From the NCBI GenBank assembly GCA_963674865.2, contig CAXXYE010000011.1, positions 256,001 to 320,000 on the forward strand: 64,000 bases of DNA, in the 5' to 3' direction. Of this stretch, positions 48,745-58,499 are shown piece after piece. The position numbers and the translations under genes were made by a program. Source of the DNA: Candidatus Hydrogenedentota bacterium. GTDB taxonomy: Bacteria; Hydrogenedentota; Hydrogenedentia; Hydrogenedentales; SLHB01. The notes under the pieces are model-generated. The model saw only the letters and a list, made by a program, of their open reading frames with translations. It searched no databases and was not told the origin of the DNA. How positions within the stretch are numbered: position 1 is the stretch's first letter; each line of letters opens with the position of its first letter.

Positions 48745-49119
48745 CGTGCTGTCTCCCCAGGGCGCCACGTACATCGACGTCTCCCCTTTCGTCGACCTTA
48801 GTGGCGCAGCCAAAGTAAAGCGAACGCAGCCTATCAGAAACTTCCACCCAGAATGGTGTGCCGCCAACACGCCAACCCAAGTTTGTGTACTCTACACCCT
48901 CTAAGAGGAATCTTCAACCCTTATAGATGTGTATTATAGGCATTTGTAAACAGATATCCCGCCGGCCCAGGTCTTCTTGGCCACCTTTCTTGGTAAATGC
49001 CAGTTAACATACAGGAATCGCGTCCTAATGTTGGTTCTTTCCGGCGTGTTTTCGGCGCGGTGTTACGTGGAGAGACTGCTCTGCAGCGCGTCGCGCGAGG
49101 GATCATCCGCCCTTCACAG

Positions 49120-50367
49120 CTAGTGGAGTTGCAGATGGTCCTCTTTGATGATGCGGTCTAGATACATCTTGGCTGCGGTGAGCGACGGCACGAGAGGGTG
49201 GATGGTGAGAGCTTGAAGGGCGTATTCATAAGACTTGTGCATGGCGGCTTCGACGGTGAGGCGGTCGCTTTCCTTTACCTCCAGAAACAAGCCCTTGAGA
49301 AACCGCGGACAACTACCGATCTTGCGTGTCTTGAGGCCCTTCTGGCTGACACGGACGGGCACCTCGACGCTGGCGTTCTCCGGGAGATCGCGGATAGCCC
49401 CTGCATTGCGCACGCAAAGAACGCGAGTTCGTTCGGACTTGCTTTCGAGGGCCTCGATCAGGGGAACCACCGTTTCCTCATACCACACGGCGCTGCGTTC
49501 GCGCGTGAGATCGGGCACCTCCGTGAGCTGCCGATCCTCATAGATCTTGAGGATCTGCTTTTCGGCCTCGTGAAGGACCTCGGCGCGGAAGCGCGAGCAA
49601 GCCTGCTGCCTTTTCAGCACCTCGTCCATGTGAAAATATAAACTCACATCGCGCGTTGGGATGATCCGGAAGAGTTCGATGAGGTCGCAGTCGAAGCCAT
49701 CCTCCCGGCATCGCTCAATGCGCTCCAGCAGCAGCGGCATGCAACTCCGCGCCCCCATTCGGACATCCTGAATCCAGCCCATATGATTGAGGCCCAGATA
49801 ATCAACCGTGAGATCAGAGGGGTCCTGGTGGAGAAGCACCGCCAAGCGCTTGATGTAGGCGCCCGGCCTATCGCAGACGCCGACGACGTTAAGCGACGAA
49901 TGGTTGAGCAGAGCCTCGACGATGATGCCGACAGGATTCGTAAGGTTGATGATCGTGGCGTCGGGATTAACCCGCTCGATCTCCTCGATGTATTCGAACA
50001 CGACGGGCAACGTCCGCAACGCGTTGGCGAACCCGCCGGCCCCGAGGCTCTCGTCGCCGATCATGCCGTACTTGGGCGGTAGCTTCTCATCCCGAAGGCG
50101 GGCGCGCATCCCACCGACTCGCACTTGGTTCAAGACATACTTGGCGCCGGCAACGCCTTCCGCGGGCTCCGTCGTACCCGTGACCTTGGCCGGGAAACCG
50201 CTCTTATCAAGGAGCCGCTGGCAGAAGTCCGCTACGAGTGGGAGCTTTCGCCCTGGCCGACCGACGAGCACGATCTCCTTGACGTTGATGTTGTGCGAAA
50301 TGAGGGATAAGACGAACTCCGGGATATAGACACTACTCCCCCCCAAGACCGCGATTCGGTCGATCAT
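49120..50367 (-). CDS. Family 4 glycosyl hydrolase (6-phospho-beta-glucosidase-like)
   Basis: IAVLGGSS.Y.P, QVRVGG..AR..DE, GAGGFA.ALRT.P, NLTNP, GVCD, GLNH, N.GAI..LP....VEVP, HPLV. Confidence 0.9.
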   Translation of the reverse strand: MIDRIAVLGGSSVYIPEFVLSLISHNINVKEIVLVGRPGRKLPLVADFCQRLLDKSGFPAKVTGTTEPAEGVAGAKYVLNQVRVGGMRARLRDEKLPPKYGMIGDESLGAGGFANALRTLPVVFEYIEEIERVNPDATIINLTNPVGIIVEALLNHSSLNVVGVCDRPGAYIKRLAVLLHQDPSDLTVDYLGLNHMGWIQDVRMGARSCMPLLLERIERCREDGFDCDLIELFRIIPTRDVSLYFHMDEVLKRQQACSRFRAEVLHEAEKQILKIYEDRQLTEVPDLTRERSAVWYEETVVPLIEALESKSERTRVLCVRNAGAIRDLPENASVEVPVRVSQKGLKTRKIGSCPRFLKGLFLEVKESDRLTVEAAMHKSYEYALQALTIHPLVPSLTAAKMYLDRIIKEDHLQLH

Positions 50368-50404
50368 ATCCCTCCGACCTCCTCCGTACTGCAGGTTCTA
50401 AATG

Positions 50405-51079
50405 CTATGAAAACATACCTCTGGCCGCGCATGCCATTGCCGTGGCTGTGTTGACCACGGAACGCGGCCGGGCCACGATCTGAACGCGCCCGGAACGTAT
50501 CGCCTCGATGACGCCCCGGATAGTGGGCTCCGCCTTTATCCATGTCCATGCGTTTGCGACGTACGGAAACGTGTGCACATCTGAGGTTGCCACCATTGAC
50601 AGCCCATAGCGCCTGGCGGTTTTCGCTGCTCTTCGATTGAGGTTAATGCCTCTGCAAAAGAGGCTCGCGTATTCGACCGCGTCGAAGAGGTCGATGTGCC
50701 TGACAAGTAAGGCCCCCAAGCTGCTTGGGATTGGGTAGAAAGGATGCGCGGCGATCAGGGCCGCGTCCCTGTGTCCCAAGGATCGCAGTTCTCGAAAGGT
50801 ACGTGCTTCAGCAAGCCTATCGTCCGGGTTGAGTATGACAACATGCTTACCGTCAACAAGCTGCTCGATGCCCGGGATTAACAGGATACCGCGGCGTTTG
50901 GCGTATTCCTCGAGCCGTTTCGAGTACCGGACCACCTCATGACACGTAATGGCCAGTACGTCATAATTCAACTTTGCAGCCGCATCAATGAGCATCTCCG
51001 CGGAGTATGGGATGGGATCGTGGAGATCGCCCGCTGTGTGTGTGTGGAGGTCCGCCTTCAACCGTATTGCCGCGCTCAA
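50405..51079 (-). CDS. PHP domain phosphoesterase
   Basis: DLHTHT, AITCH, PGIE, AAHPF, DAVE, SDVH. GGAGG RBS before TTG 51079. Confidence 0.88.
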   Translation of the reverse strand: MSAAIRLKADLHTHTAGDLHDPIPYSAEMLIDAAAKLNYDVLAITCHEVVRYSKRLEEYAKRRGILLIPGIEQLVDGKHVVILNPDDRLAEARTFRELRSLGHRDAALIAAHPFYPIPSSLGALLVRHIDLFDAVEYASLFCRGINLNRRAAKTARRYGLSMVATSDVHTFPYVANAWTWIKAEPTIRGVIEAIRSGRVQIVARPRSVVNTATAMACAARGMFS

Positions 51080-51520
51080 CCTCCATCTCCAGTTACTGCA
51101 CACAAGTCACGCCTCTGAAACTATCCAGAGCGATGATCCAATGTCAAGAGTAACCCCAGATACCAGACGCAATGGCGTGGACCTGTGCGACACTCAAAGC
51201 GGGAAAAGAGGCAACCGTGCATCGCGTGTGCACGTTCACCATAACCCTACCCAGACTTCACATCCGTCATCATAACAACGTCGCCGGAGCGTTTCAACGA
51301 GGCGAGAGGACCACAATCGCCGACGGATTCGACAATGCCGCGCACTTGGCCTCTCGGCTCGACTTCTCCTCTTGAAGTCTGCTCACCAATTAGGTGGCGC
51401 CGCCTATCTTGTGGACGCCTTTTCTTCTAATGACTTGAAGCGCGGCATAATGGGCAACGCGGTCACCGGGAGAGGGCAAGCATATGCGCATTCGTGCAAG
51501 TGCTCCGGGGCGAATCGGTT

Positions 51521-54500
51521 TTACAGTCCGTTGACGGAAATGCACGCCTCGGCGATCTCGCGGCGCGCCTGTTGGATTTGTCGAGTCGCATCGCGATACG
51601 CAGGCACGCTATCAGGCGTTAAAGGTAGGCGGCGCCCCAGCCGGTGAAGGTTGGCCTCGATCCGCGTAGGTACCTCGCGGAGGATCTTGCGCGCTTCTTC
51701 GAGTACTTCGCCTGAAACGCCGCGCTTCTCCGCATTGCGGATGGCCTCGCGGAGGAGGTAGAGGTACTCGTAGTCCTCGATACCCTCGCGCGCCACTTCC
51801 CACCGCTTGCTGCTCACGACCTGTCCCTCACTACCGTCGTACACGGTGGCGAAGAAGTCCCCGAACGAGGTGATGCCCTCCCAGCGATCGGCGTTCGCAT
51901 TACTCGCGTAGCACCACCAGCCCGCGCCGGTGAATCCCATGTCCCAGGCGAACCAGAAGCGCCGGCGGTAGATGCCCAGGCACGACAGCGTCTTGGCGCG
52001 TCCTGCCGCGTCGTAGAACCACACCTCCTTGCCGACTTGTTTCGCGAAGGGAATAATCTCGTCCGTGAAGCGTTCGAGTAGTTCCGAGGACGGGCACCAG
52101 ATATCGATGAGTCCGTCAAGCATCTCGAGGGACTGCCTATTCGTGCCGCTCGTGGGATCGGTGTAGATGAGAATGTTGGGATCGGCCCGGCGGATGAGCT
52201 TGGCCACCTCGACGAGGTTCAGCGTTGTGTCAGCAAAAGGTGAGGAAGGCTCATCGTAGGGATAGAGCGCCCAGTCCCCGTAGTCCAGTCCCAGCGCCTT
52301 GCTATGTGCCACCCATCCGCGGAGGAAGGCAACAAATCCCTTCTTCCAGGCGGCCGAACGAAAGGGCTGGCCTTTCAGGCCGCCCTGCGGCCCCGTGAAC
52401 AACAGGATACCGTGCTGCGCCAGGCGCGCCACGGACTCATCGTGCGCGGAGAAATCGATCGGCCCTTCAAGTCGCCCCGTGCTGTCGCACGCAGCCTTCG
52501 GTGTTCTGCCGAAGAACACCGAAGCCCCGTGTTCGATGAGGTCCTCCAGGGCATTGGGATTGTCGGCTCCAAGATCGCCGCTGTCGTGCGCCCACAAGCA
52601 GAATCGCAGTGGCCGCGGGCGGGGGAGGGCCAGAGCCAAGACGGATATCTTGAGCGTGACGATTCGCTCGGTGGGATCGGGCTCAAGGCTCTTGAGGCGT
52701 AGCGCGGCCGTGTACGCGCCCGGCTCCATGCCCTTCGCGTTAAGCGTGAGCCAGAGCTGTTCTGTTTCAAAGGGCGCCACGGCGATAAGGCCCGCCTGAT
52801 CGAGTTTGGGCAGGGCGTCCGCAACTAGTTCACGCCGGTTCGTGGGCACCGCGACGGCCCGCCGAAATGCCAGGTGCTCATTCGCGGGATAGCTAGTCTC
52901 GCCTTCGATATCGCCCGGCAGCACACGCACCTCCAGCGTCCGGCCGCCCAGGTTGGTTAGGTTCAACGCTAGTGATTCGTATTCGTCTACGCACAACGTG
53001 ATGTCAAGCGAGTCGGTGCGCTCCTCGGGCGTGGGGAGGGTGTCGCGGGAGTCGAAATACGCCCAAGGGTCGAACGCCCAGGCGATGAAGCTGCCTGAGG
53101 GGGCCAGAGAGGCGCCGGCGGCGGATAGATCCCGCAGCCGCAGCGCGGAACGTCGGAGCGGCGGCAGCGTTTCGGAACGCTCCTCCGGAGTGGCATCCTC
53201 GACGGCTTCGAGCGTGCCCCTGAGCGCTACGAGCTGCTGACGCATCGCATGCACAGCGCCGGGATTCCCCGCCCGCCACGAGTCCAGAGCCATTGCCGTC
53301 TGCTCAAAGGCTACGTTGTTGAGAAAAGCCTTGTCGCTCTTGAACCCCTTGAACTTGAGCACCTCCTCCTCGTGCGTGGACACCTTCAAAGCCTCGGCCT
53401 CAACGAGGTTTTGAGTCACGCGGTATGCGCCCTTCCGGCCCGTAGTGAAGGGCAACGTCACGCGCTCTTTCGCACTGAGGACATGGCGCGCTATGCGGCG
53501 CGTGCTTCCGTCGGGGGCGACGATCTCCGCAAGAAAGACTAGACGCTGCTCATCGGGATTGCTCACGTCGTAACGCCAAGTATTCGGCCCGCTCAACAGC
53601 AGCGTTTCACTAGCCGGTGTGAGACTGGCGCGTTCCTCGCCGGGAGCTTTCTGAGGTGTGGGAACGAGGAGATAATCCTTGGTGGACGGGGGCAAGCCGC
53701 TCCGTGCCCGATTCCCCGCGAAGAACACCCGGTTACGTGGATCCTCCTTGTACGGCACAGACAGGTTGCCCCAGACAACGCGGGCAGGCGCACGAAGGCC
53801 GGCGGGCGTCGTGCTGACGATATCCAGCAAGCCGTCGCGGTCGAAGTCGCCCACGAGGGGGGCGGTGGTGGGGCGTGTCCCAGTCGCAGCGGAGAACGTG
53901 GGGGAGCCGTCGCACTCAAGAACGTCAAGGCCGACGCCCGCTTGATCGTATAGAATGACTTCAAGCTCAGCGTCATTGTCGAGGTCGACGAACGTGGGAG
54001 CCGCGTAGAAGGTTCTGTCCGTCATCCCAAGGCTCCACCGGAACCCGCCGTCACCGTAGCACCAGGCCCCGCCTCCCTTATTGCCGAAGACCACCTCATC
54101 CTTCCCGTCGCCGTCGAGATCCGCCGCCTGGATGGCGTTGTTGACGTGCATGAAGACATTCTCTTCAACGACGATGCGGCGACTGGCCGGGTCGATCCGG
54201 TAGAAGTGGTGGAGTCCGCCGCCGATGTACAGTTCCGGTGTATCGTCGCCATCGACATCGGCGAGGAGGGGCGTGCTATTGGGAAACAGATCATCCGGCC
54301 GGTAGATGTCCCAGAGCCACTCGCCTTGCGCACTCAGGGCGTAGATGTGGCGGTCGTGCGACGGCAGGATGATTTCGCGCCCAGGCAGGTCGTAGATGTC
54401 GGCTACGAAGACGGGCCCCATCTTCGTGCCGTCTCCCGTGAACTGCCACAAGGCGTGGCCGTTATGCGCCAAACACGAAAGCGTGCCCGACGTGTCGCCC

Positions 54501-54949
54501 ACGAGGATCTCGGGATGCCCGTCGCCATCGAGGTCGGCGATGGCGGGACACGCGTCGGCAATCACCCCGCCGGGGAGCTGCGCCTTCCACACCAGGGCGC
54601 CGTCGGCCCGCAAGGCGGCGAGATTACCCTTGCTGTCCGCGGCAACGATCTCCTCTTGGCCGTCCCCGTCGAGGTCGGCGATGGCCGGCGTGGCCGTCAC
54701 GGGCGGCGCCATGGCGTGAGTCCACATGCGCTGCCCGTCGAGGTCGAAGCAGACCACGCCCTGGGCGCTTTCGCAGACGACGATAGCCACGGCCTGTCCT
54801 GTCTCCGGATCCAAAAGGACGTTCGGCGTCGAGAAGCCTCCCTCGCCGGGGGCTTCCCAGCGCGTTGTGTATGCGAGATCGGCCGAAGCGGCCGCGCCAC
54901 ATACGAGAATCGCTATCGACGCTATAAGAAACTGCGGCGGCACTTTCAT
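51521..54949 (-). CDS. Secreted FG-GAP/VCBS-repeat protein with C-terminal DUF4091 (GH123-like) domain, paralog 2
   Basis: Repeated ADLDGDG..EI motifs, DALP, YDEP, IDIWCP, WFY, SKRWE..REGIEDYEYL. Confidence 0.85.
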   Translation of the reverse strand: MKVPPQFLIASIAILVCGAAASADLAYTTRWEAPGEGGFSTPNVLLDPETGQAVAIVVCESAQGVVCFDLDGQRMWTHAMAPPVTATPAIADLDGDGQEEIVAADSKGNLAALRADGALVWKAQLPGGVIADACPAIADLDGDGHPEILVGDTSGTLSCLAHNGHALWQFTGDGTKMGPVFVADIYDLPGREIILPSHDRHIYALSAQGEWLWDIYRPDDLFPNSTPLLADVDGDDTPELYIGGGLHHFYRIDPASRRIVVEENVFMHVNNAIQAADLDGDGKDEVVFGNKGGGAWCYGDGGFRWSLGMTDRTFYAAPTFVDLDNDAELEVILYDQAGVGLDVLECDGSPTFSAATGTRPTTAPLVGDFDRDGLLDIVSTTPAGLRAPARVVWGNLSVPYKEDPRNRVFFAGNRARSGLPPSTKDYLLVPTPQKAPGEERASLTPASETLLLSGPNTWRYDVSNPDEQRLVFLAEIVAPDGSTRRIARHVLSAKERVTLPFTTGRKGAYRVTQNLVEAEALKVSTHEEEVLKFKGFKSDKAFLNNVAFEQTAMALDSWRAGNPGAVHAMRQQLVALRGTLEAVEDATPEERSETLPPLRRSALRLRDLSAAGASLAPSGSFIAWAFDPWAYFDSRDTLPTPEERTDSLDITLCVDEYESLALNLTNLGGRTLEVRVLPGDIEGETSYPANEHLAFRRAVAVPTNRRELVADALPKLDQAGLIAVAPFETEQLWLTLNAKGMEPGAYTAALRLKSLEPDPTERIVTLKISVLALALPRPRPLRFCLWAHDSGDLGADNPNALEDLIEHGASVFFGRTPKAACDSTGRLEGPIDFSAHDESVARLAQHGILLFTGPQGGLKGQPFRSAAWKKGFVAFLRGWVAHSKALGLDYGDWALYPYDEPSSPFADTTLNLVEVAKLIRRADPNILIYTDPTSGTNRQSLEMLDGLIDIWCPSSELLERFTDEIIPFAKQVGKEVWFYDAAGRAKTLSCLGIYRRRFWFAWDMGFTGAGWWCYASNANADRWEGITSFGDFFATVYDGSEGQVVSSKRWEVAREGIEDYEYLYLLREAIRNAEKRGVSGEVLEEARKILREVPTRIEANLHRLGRRLPLTPDSVPAYRDATRQIQQARREIAEACISVNGL

Positions 54950-55002
54950 AACTCTCTCCTCTCCTCAGCCCTCTCAGGCCTTTCACGCGAGGCGGCCCCA
55001 GA

Positions 55003-58000
55003 CTATAAGTCACGAAGCTTGATGCACGCGGCGACAATCCGCTGCCGGGCGTCATCCAGCCGTCGAGTTGCCTCTTCATAGAGCGGCACGCCATCCGTAT
55101 TCAGGGGTAAGCGCTCTTGCGTGGAACGAAGGGTCGCCTCCATCCCTACCGGCATCTCCCTGAGCAAAGCGCGCGGCCCGGCCAATTCCGCCTCGGGCAC
55201 GCCGCGCTCTTGGGCGCTGCGGACGGCCTCCCGGAGCATATAAAGGTATTCATAATCCTCAATGCCCTCGCGCGTGACCTCCCACCGCTTGCTTGTCACT
55301 ACAGCGCCTGGCCCGTCATACACGGCGAAGAAGGCATCGATTTCATTGGGCCCATCCCAGCGATCCGTTTTCCCGTGATGCGAATAGCAAAACCATCCCG
55401 CGCCTTGGAATCCAAGGTTCCATATATTCCATAGCCACCAGCGGTAGTGCCCCAGCGTAGACAGCGTCTTGGCCCGCCCGCGCGCGTCGTAATTCCAGAC
55501 TTCCTTGCCCCATTCCCGGGCCACGGGAAGGAACTCCTCCCCAAACCTATCGAGCAACTGGTTCGACGGGCACCAGATATCGACCAAATGCTTGTACATA
55601 TCGAGGCTTTCCTCGGTGGTGCCGTTGGTGGGATCCGTGTAGATGAGGATATTGGGATCGGCCTCCCGGATGAGCCCGGCGATCTCGACGAGTTCAATAG
55701 TGTGTTCAGCGAACGGACTCGACGGCTCATCGATGGGATACATGGCCCACTGGCTGTATCCGAGGCCCAGATCCTGAAGATGGCGCGCCCAGGCGCGCAT
55801 GTAAGGCACGAATGCCTTCCGCCACGGCTCCGAGAGCGTCGGCTGGCCCTTCAGGCCACGATGGCCTCCCATGAAGAGAACAAACCCATGCGGGGCGAAG
55901 CGCCTGATGGAAGCGTCATGTTTGGTGAAGTCCATAGTGACGAGCTTGCCCTTGTCGTCGCATGTGGCGTCAGGACTCTCGGCAAGAAAGACGGTGTTGC
56001 CATGCTCGACAAGGTCCTCCAGCACATAGTCTTCATTGATGTTGAGGTCGCCCACGGACAGCGCCCACGTGCAGAAACGCAAGGGCCGCGGACGCGGCAG
56101 AGCGAGGTCGTGAACCGTGAGGACAACCGGCAGCTCGACCTCCGTGGAATCGGCCTCGATGCTCTTGAGATGCAGGTTAATGGTGTGTTCACCGGGCGTG
56201 AGCCCCTTCGCGTTGACGGTGATCCACACCTGTTGAGTCTCGAGCGCGGGAATGGTGATAAGGCCCGCTTCATCCAACTGAGGCAGCGCATCGGACACGT
56301 GTTTGCGCCGGCGTGTGGGCACGGTGACCGCCCGCCGCAGCGCCATGTGCTCCGTGTCGTCGCAGCGCACACGCACATCGAGGCCCCGGCCGCTTACATT
56401 GGTGACGTTAAGCGCCAGCGATTCGTACTCGCCCTGGCAGAGATAAGCCGCCAGTTGCTCCGTCTTGTCATCTGGTGTGGGGAGTGTATCCCTTGTGTCG
56501 AAATAGGCCCAGGGACAGCACTCCCACGCCACGAAGCTCCCCGAAGGGGCGAGTTCGGCGCCCGCGACGGCCAACGTGCGCAGTCGCTCCGCGGAAAGTC
56601 GGAGGGAGGCGAGCATTCCCGGCGCAGCGGCGCCCGCATGGCCCAGTTCGGCCAGCATGCCACGCAAGGCTGTCAACTCTCCCCGAAAGTAGGCCGCACT
56701 CCTGGCATTCGTCTCATGCCAAGTCGCTAGGATGGCGTCGACGGTGTCAAAGAGCCCCTGCAAATAAGCCCTATCGCTCTTAAGCCCCTTGAACTTCGCT
56801 GACGATTCGACGGCGGGCGTCGTGCGTAGCGCGTCTGCGTCGACGAGGGAGGCGGCGAGCCCATACGTGCCCCGCTCGCTCACCGCAAAGGGCAAGGAGA
56901 TGCTCGCGCTGGGGCCGTAGACGTGTCGCGTCCATCGCCGGACGGACTTATCGGGATAGGTGACCGCAGCCATAAGGGCGAGCCGCTGACTCTCCGGATT
57001 GTCTACGCCGAATCGCCACGTATTCGACCCGCTCAAGAGTTGGAAGTCCGCCGGGCACGCCAGCGAGGCGCCCGTCAGGCCGGGGGTGACGTGGGGGGCA
57101 GGAAGCAGAGGGAACTGCCGCGCCGATGGCGGGCGGCCCGAGTGTGCGCGATCGCCCGCGAAGGCGACTCGGTTCCGGATGTCCGCCTGATAGGGCGCTC
57201 CCAGTTCAAACCACACCAGCTTGCCGACGCCCCGATAGCCTCCTTCCTCTGTCACGACCATTTCGAGCATGCCGTCGTTATCAAGATCGCCGGAAAGGGG
57301 CTGCACAAGGGACGTATAGCCTATTTGCCCGGAGGAGAGAGGCGTGCCGTCCGCATCGAGGACCTGCACATCCCTCGTGCTGGACAGGCAAATGATCTCC
57401 ATGCCGGGATCATCATCGAGATTGACGATGGTCGGCGCGCCGTGAAAGCCGCTTTTCGGGAACTCCTGCGTCCATTGCATGCCGCCCTCGCCATAGCACG
57501 AAAGCGCGCCTCCCTTCATGCCGAAGAGCACTTCATCCTTGCCGTCGCCGTCGAGGTCCGAGGCAATGATGGCGGTGTTGACGTGCATGTAGGTGTTTTT
57601 CTCGAAGGCGAGCGTGTGGTCGGCGAGGTCGATGCGGTAGAAATGATTCAGGCCGCCGCCGACGTACAGCTCGGGGACGCTATCGCCGTCCACGTCCGCG
57701 AGGATTGGCGTGCTGTTGGGGAAGAGGTCTTTCTCGAAATAGAGGTCCCAAAGCCATTCCCCGCGGGCTGACAAGGCGTAGACGTGACGATCGTGTGACG
57801 TAACGATGACCTCCTTCCCGGGCGTATCGTAGATGTCCGCCGCGAGAATAGGGCCCATCTGCGTACCATCGCCCGTGAACTGCCAGCGGAGGCGGCCCTT
57901 GTGATCGAAGCACGACAAGGTGCCTGACGTATCGCCCGCAAGGACGCACGCACTCCCCGCTCCGTCCAGATCGACAATGGCCGGGCAACTATGCGCGTCG

Positions 58001-58380
58001 ACGCCGGCCGGTACGCGCGCCGACCACATTAACGCCCCGCCTCCAGTGACGGCGACGATGTTGCCTTTGCCGTCTGCGGCGGCGATGTCTTCCCGTCCGT
58101 CCCCGTCGATATCGGCCACGGCAGGGGAGGCCGTGGCGGGCGTTTCGAGAGGATACTCCCAAAGGCGTTTCCCGCTCAGGTCGAAACAGACAATGCCCGT
58201 GTTCATCTCCACCGTGACGAGAGCGACAACCTCGCCGTTTTCCGGATCACACAAAGCATTGGCTGCGGAAAAGCCGCCCGCGCCTTCCACGTCCCACCCC
58301 ACGTCCAAAGAGAACGCGGCCCAGCACGTGCATGGCGCAAATAGAATAAGGATGACGGCGCAGAAAAGGTGAGATCTCAT
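55003..58380 (-). CDS. Secreted FG-GAP/VCBS-repeat protein with C-terminal DUF4091 (GH123-like) domain, paralog 1
   Basis: AGGAG RBS before ATG 58380. Collinear similarity to 51521-54949 along the whole length. Confidence 0.85.
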   Translation of the reverse strand: MRSHLFCAVILILFAPCTCWAAFSLDVGWDVEGAGGFSAANALCDPENGEVVALVTVEMNTGIVCFDLSGKRLWEYPLETPATASPAVADIDGDGREDIAAADGKGNIVAVTGGGALMWSARVPAGVDAHSCPAIVDLDGAGSACVLAGDTSGTLSCFDHKGRLRWQFTGDGTQMGPILAADIYDTPGKEVIVTSHDRHVYALSARGEWLWDLYFEKDLFPNSTPILADVDGDSVPELYVGGGLNHFYRIDLADHTLAFEKNTYMHVNTAIIASDLDGDGKDEVLFGMKGGALSCYGEGGMQWTQEFPKSGFHGAPTIVNLDDDPGMEIICLSSTRDVQVLDADGTPLSSGQIGYTSLVQPLSGDLDNDGMLEMVVTEEGGYRGVGKLVWFELGAPYQADIRNRVAFAGDRAHSGRPPSARQFPLLPAPHVTPGLTGASLACPADFQLLSGSNTWRFGVDNPESQRLALMAAVTYPDKSVRRWTRHVYGPSASISLPFAVSERGTYGLAASLVDADALRTTPAVESSAKFKGLKSDRAYLQGLFDTVDAILATWHETNARSAAYFRGELTALRGMLAELGHAGAAAPGMLASLRLSAERLRTLAVAGAELAPSGSFVAWECCPWAYFDTRDTLPTPDDKTEQLAAYLCQGEYESLALNVTNVSGRGLDVRVRCDDTEHMALRRAVTVPTRRRKHVSDALPQLDEAGLITIPALETQQVWITVNAKGLTPGEHTINLHLKSIEADSTEVELPVVLTVHDLALPRPRPLRFCTWALSVGDLNINEDYVLEDLVEHGNTVFLAESPDATCDDKGKLVTMDFTKHDASIRRFAPHGFVLFMGGHRGLKGQPTLSEPWRKAFVPYMRAWARHLQDLGLGYSQWAMYPIDEPSSPFAEHTIELVEIAGLIREADPNILIYTDPTNGTTEESLDMYKHLVDIWCPSNQLLDRFGEEFLPVAREWGKEVWNYDARGRAKTLSTLGHYRWWLWNIWNLGFQGAGWFCYSHHGKTDRWDGPNEIDAFFAVYDGPGAVVTSKRWEVTREGIEDYEYLYMLREAVRSAQERGVPEAELAGPRALLREMPVGMEATLRSTQERLPLNTDGVPLYEEATRRLDDARQRIVAACIKLRDL

Positions 58381-58499
58381 GAGCGTTGCTCCTATGACTG
58401 CGGGGAATCTTCCAAGGATGGTGGCAGCACCATGCCTATCATAACGGCTTGTGAAGGCAATTTGAAGGAAGGATTCAGGGGCGGCGGGGAGGAAAAAGG

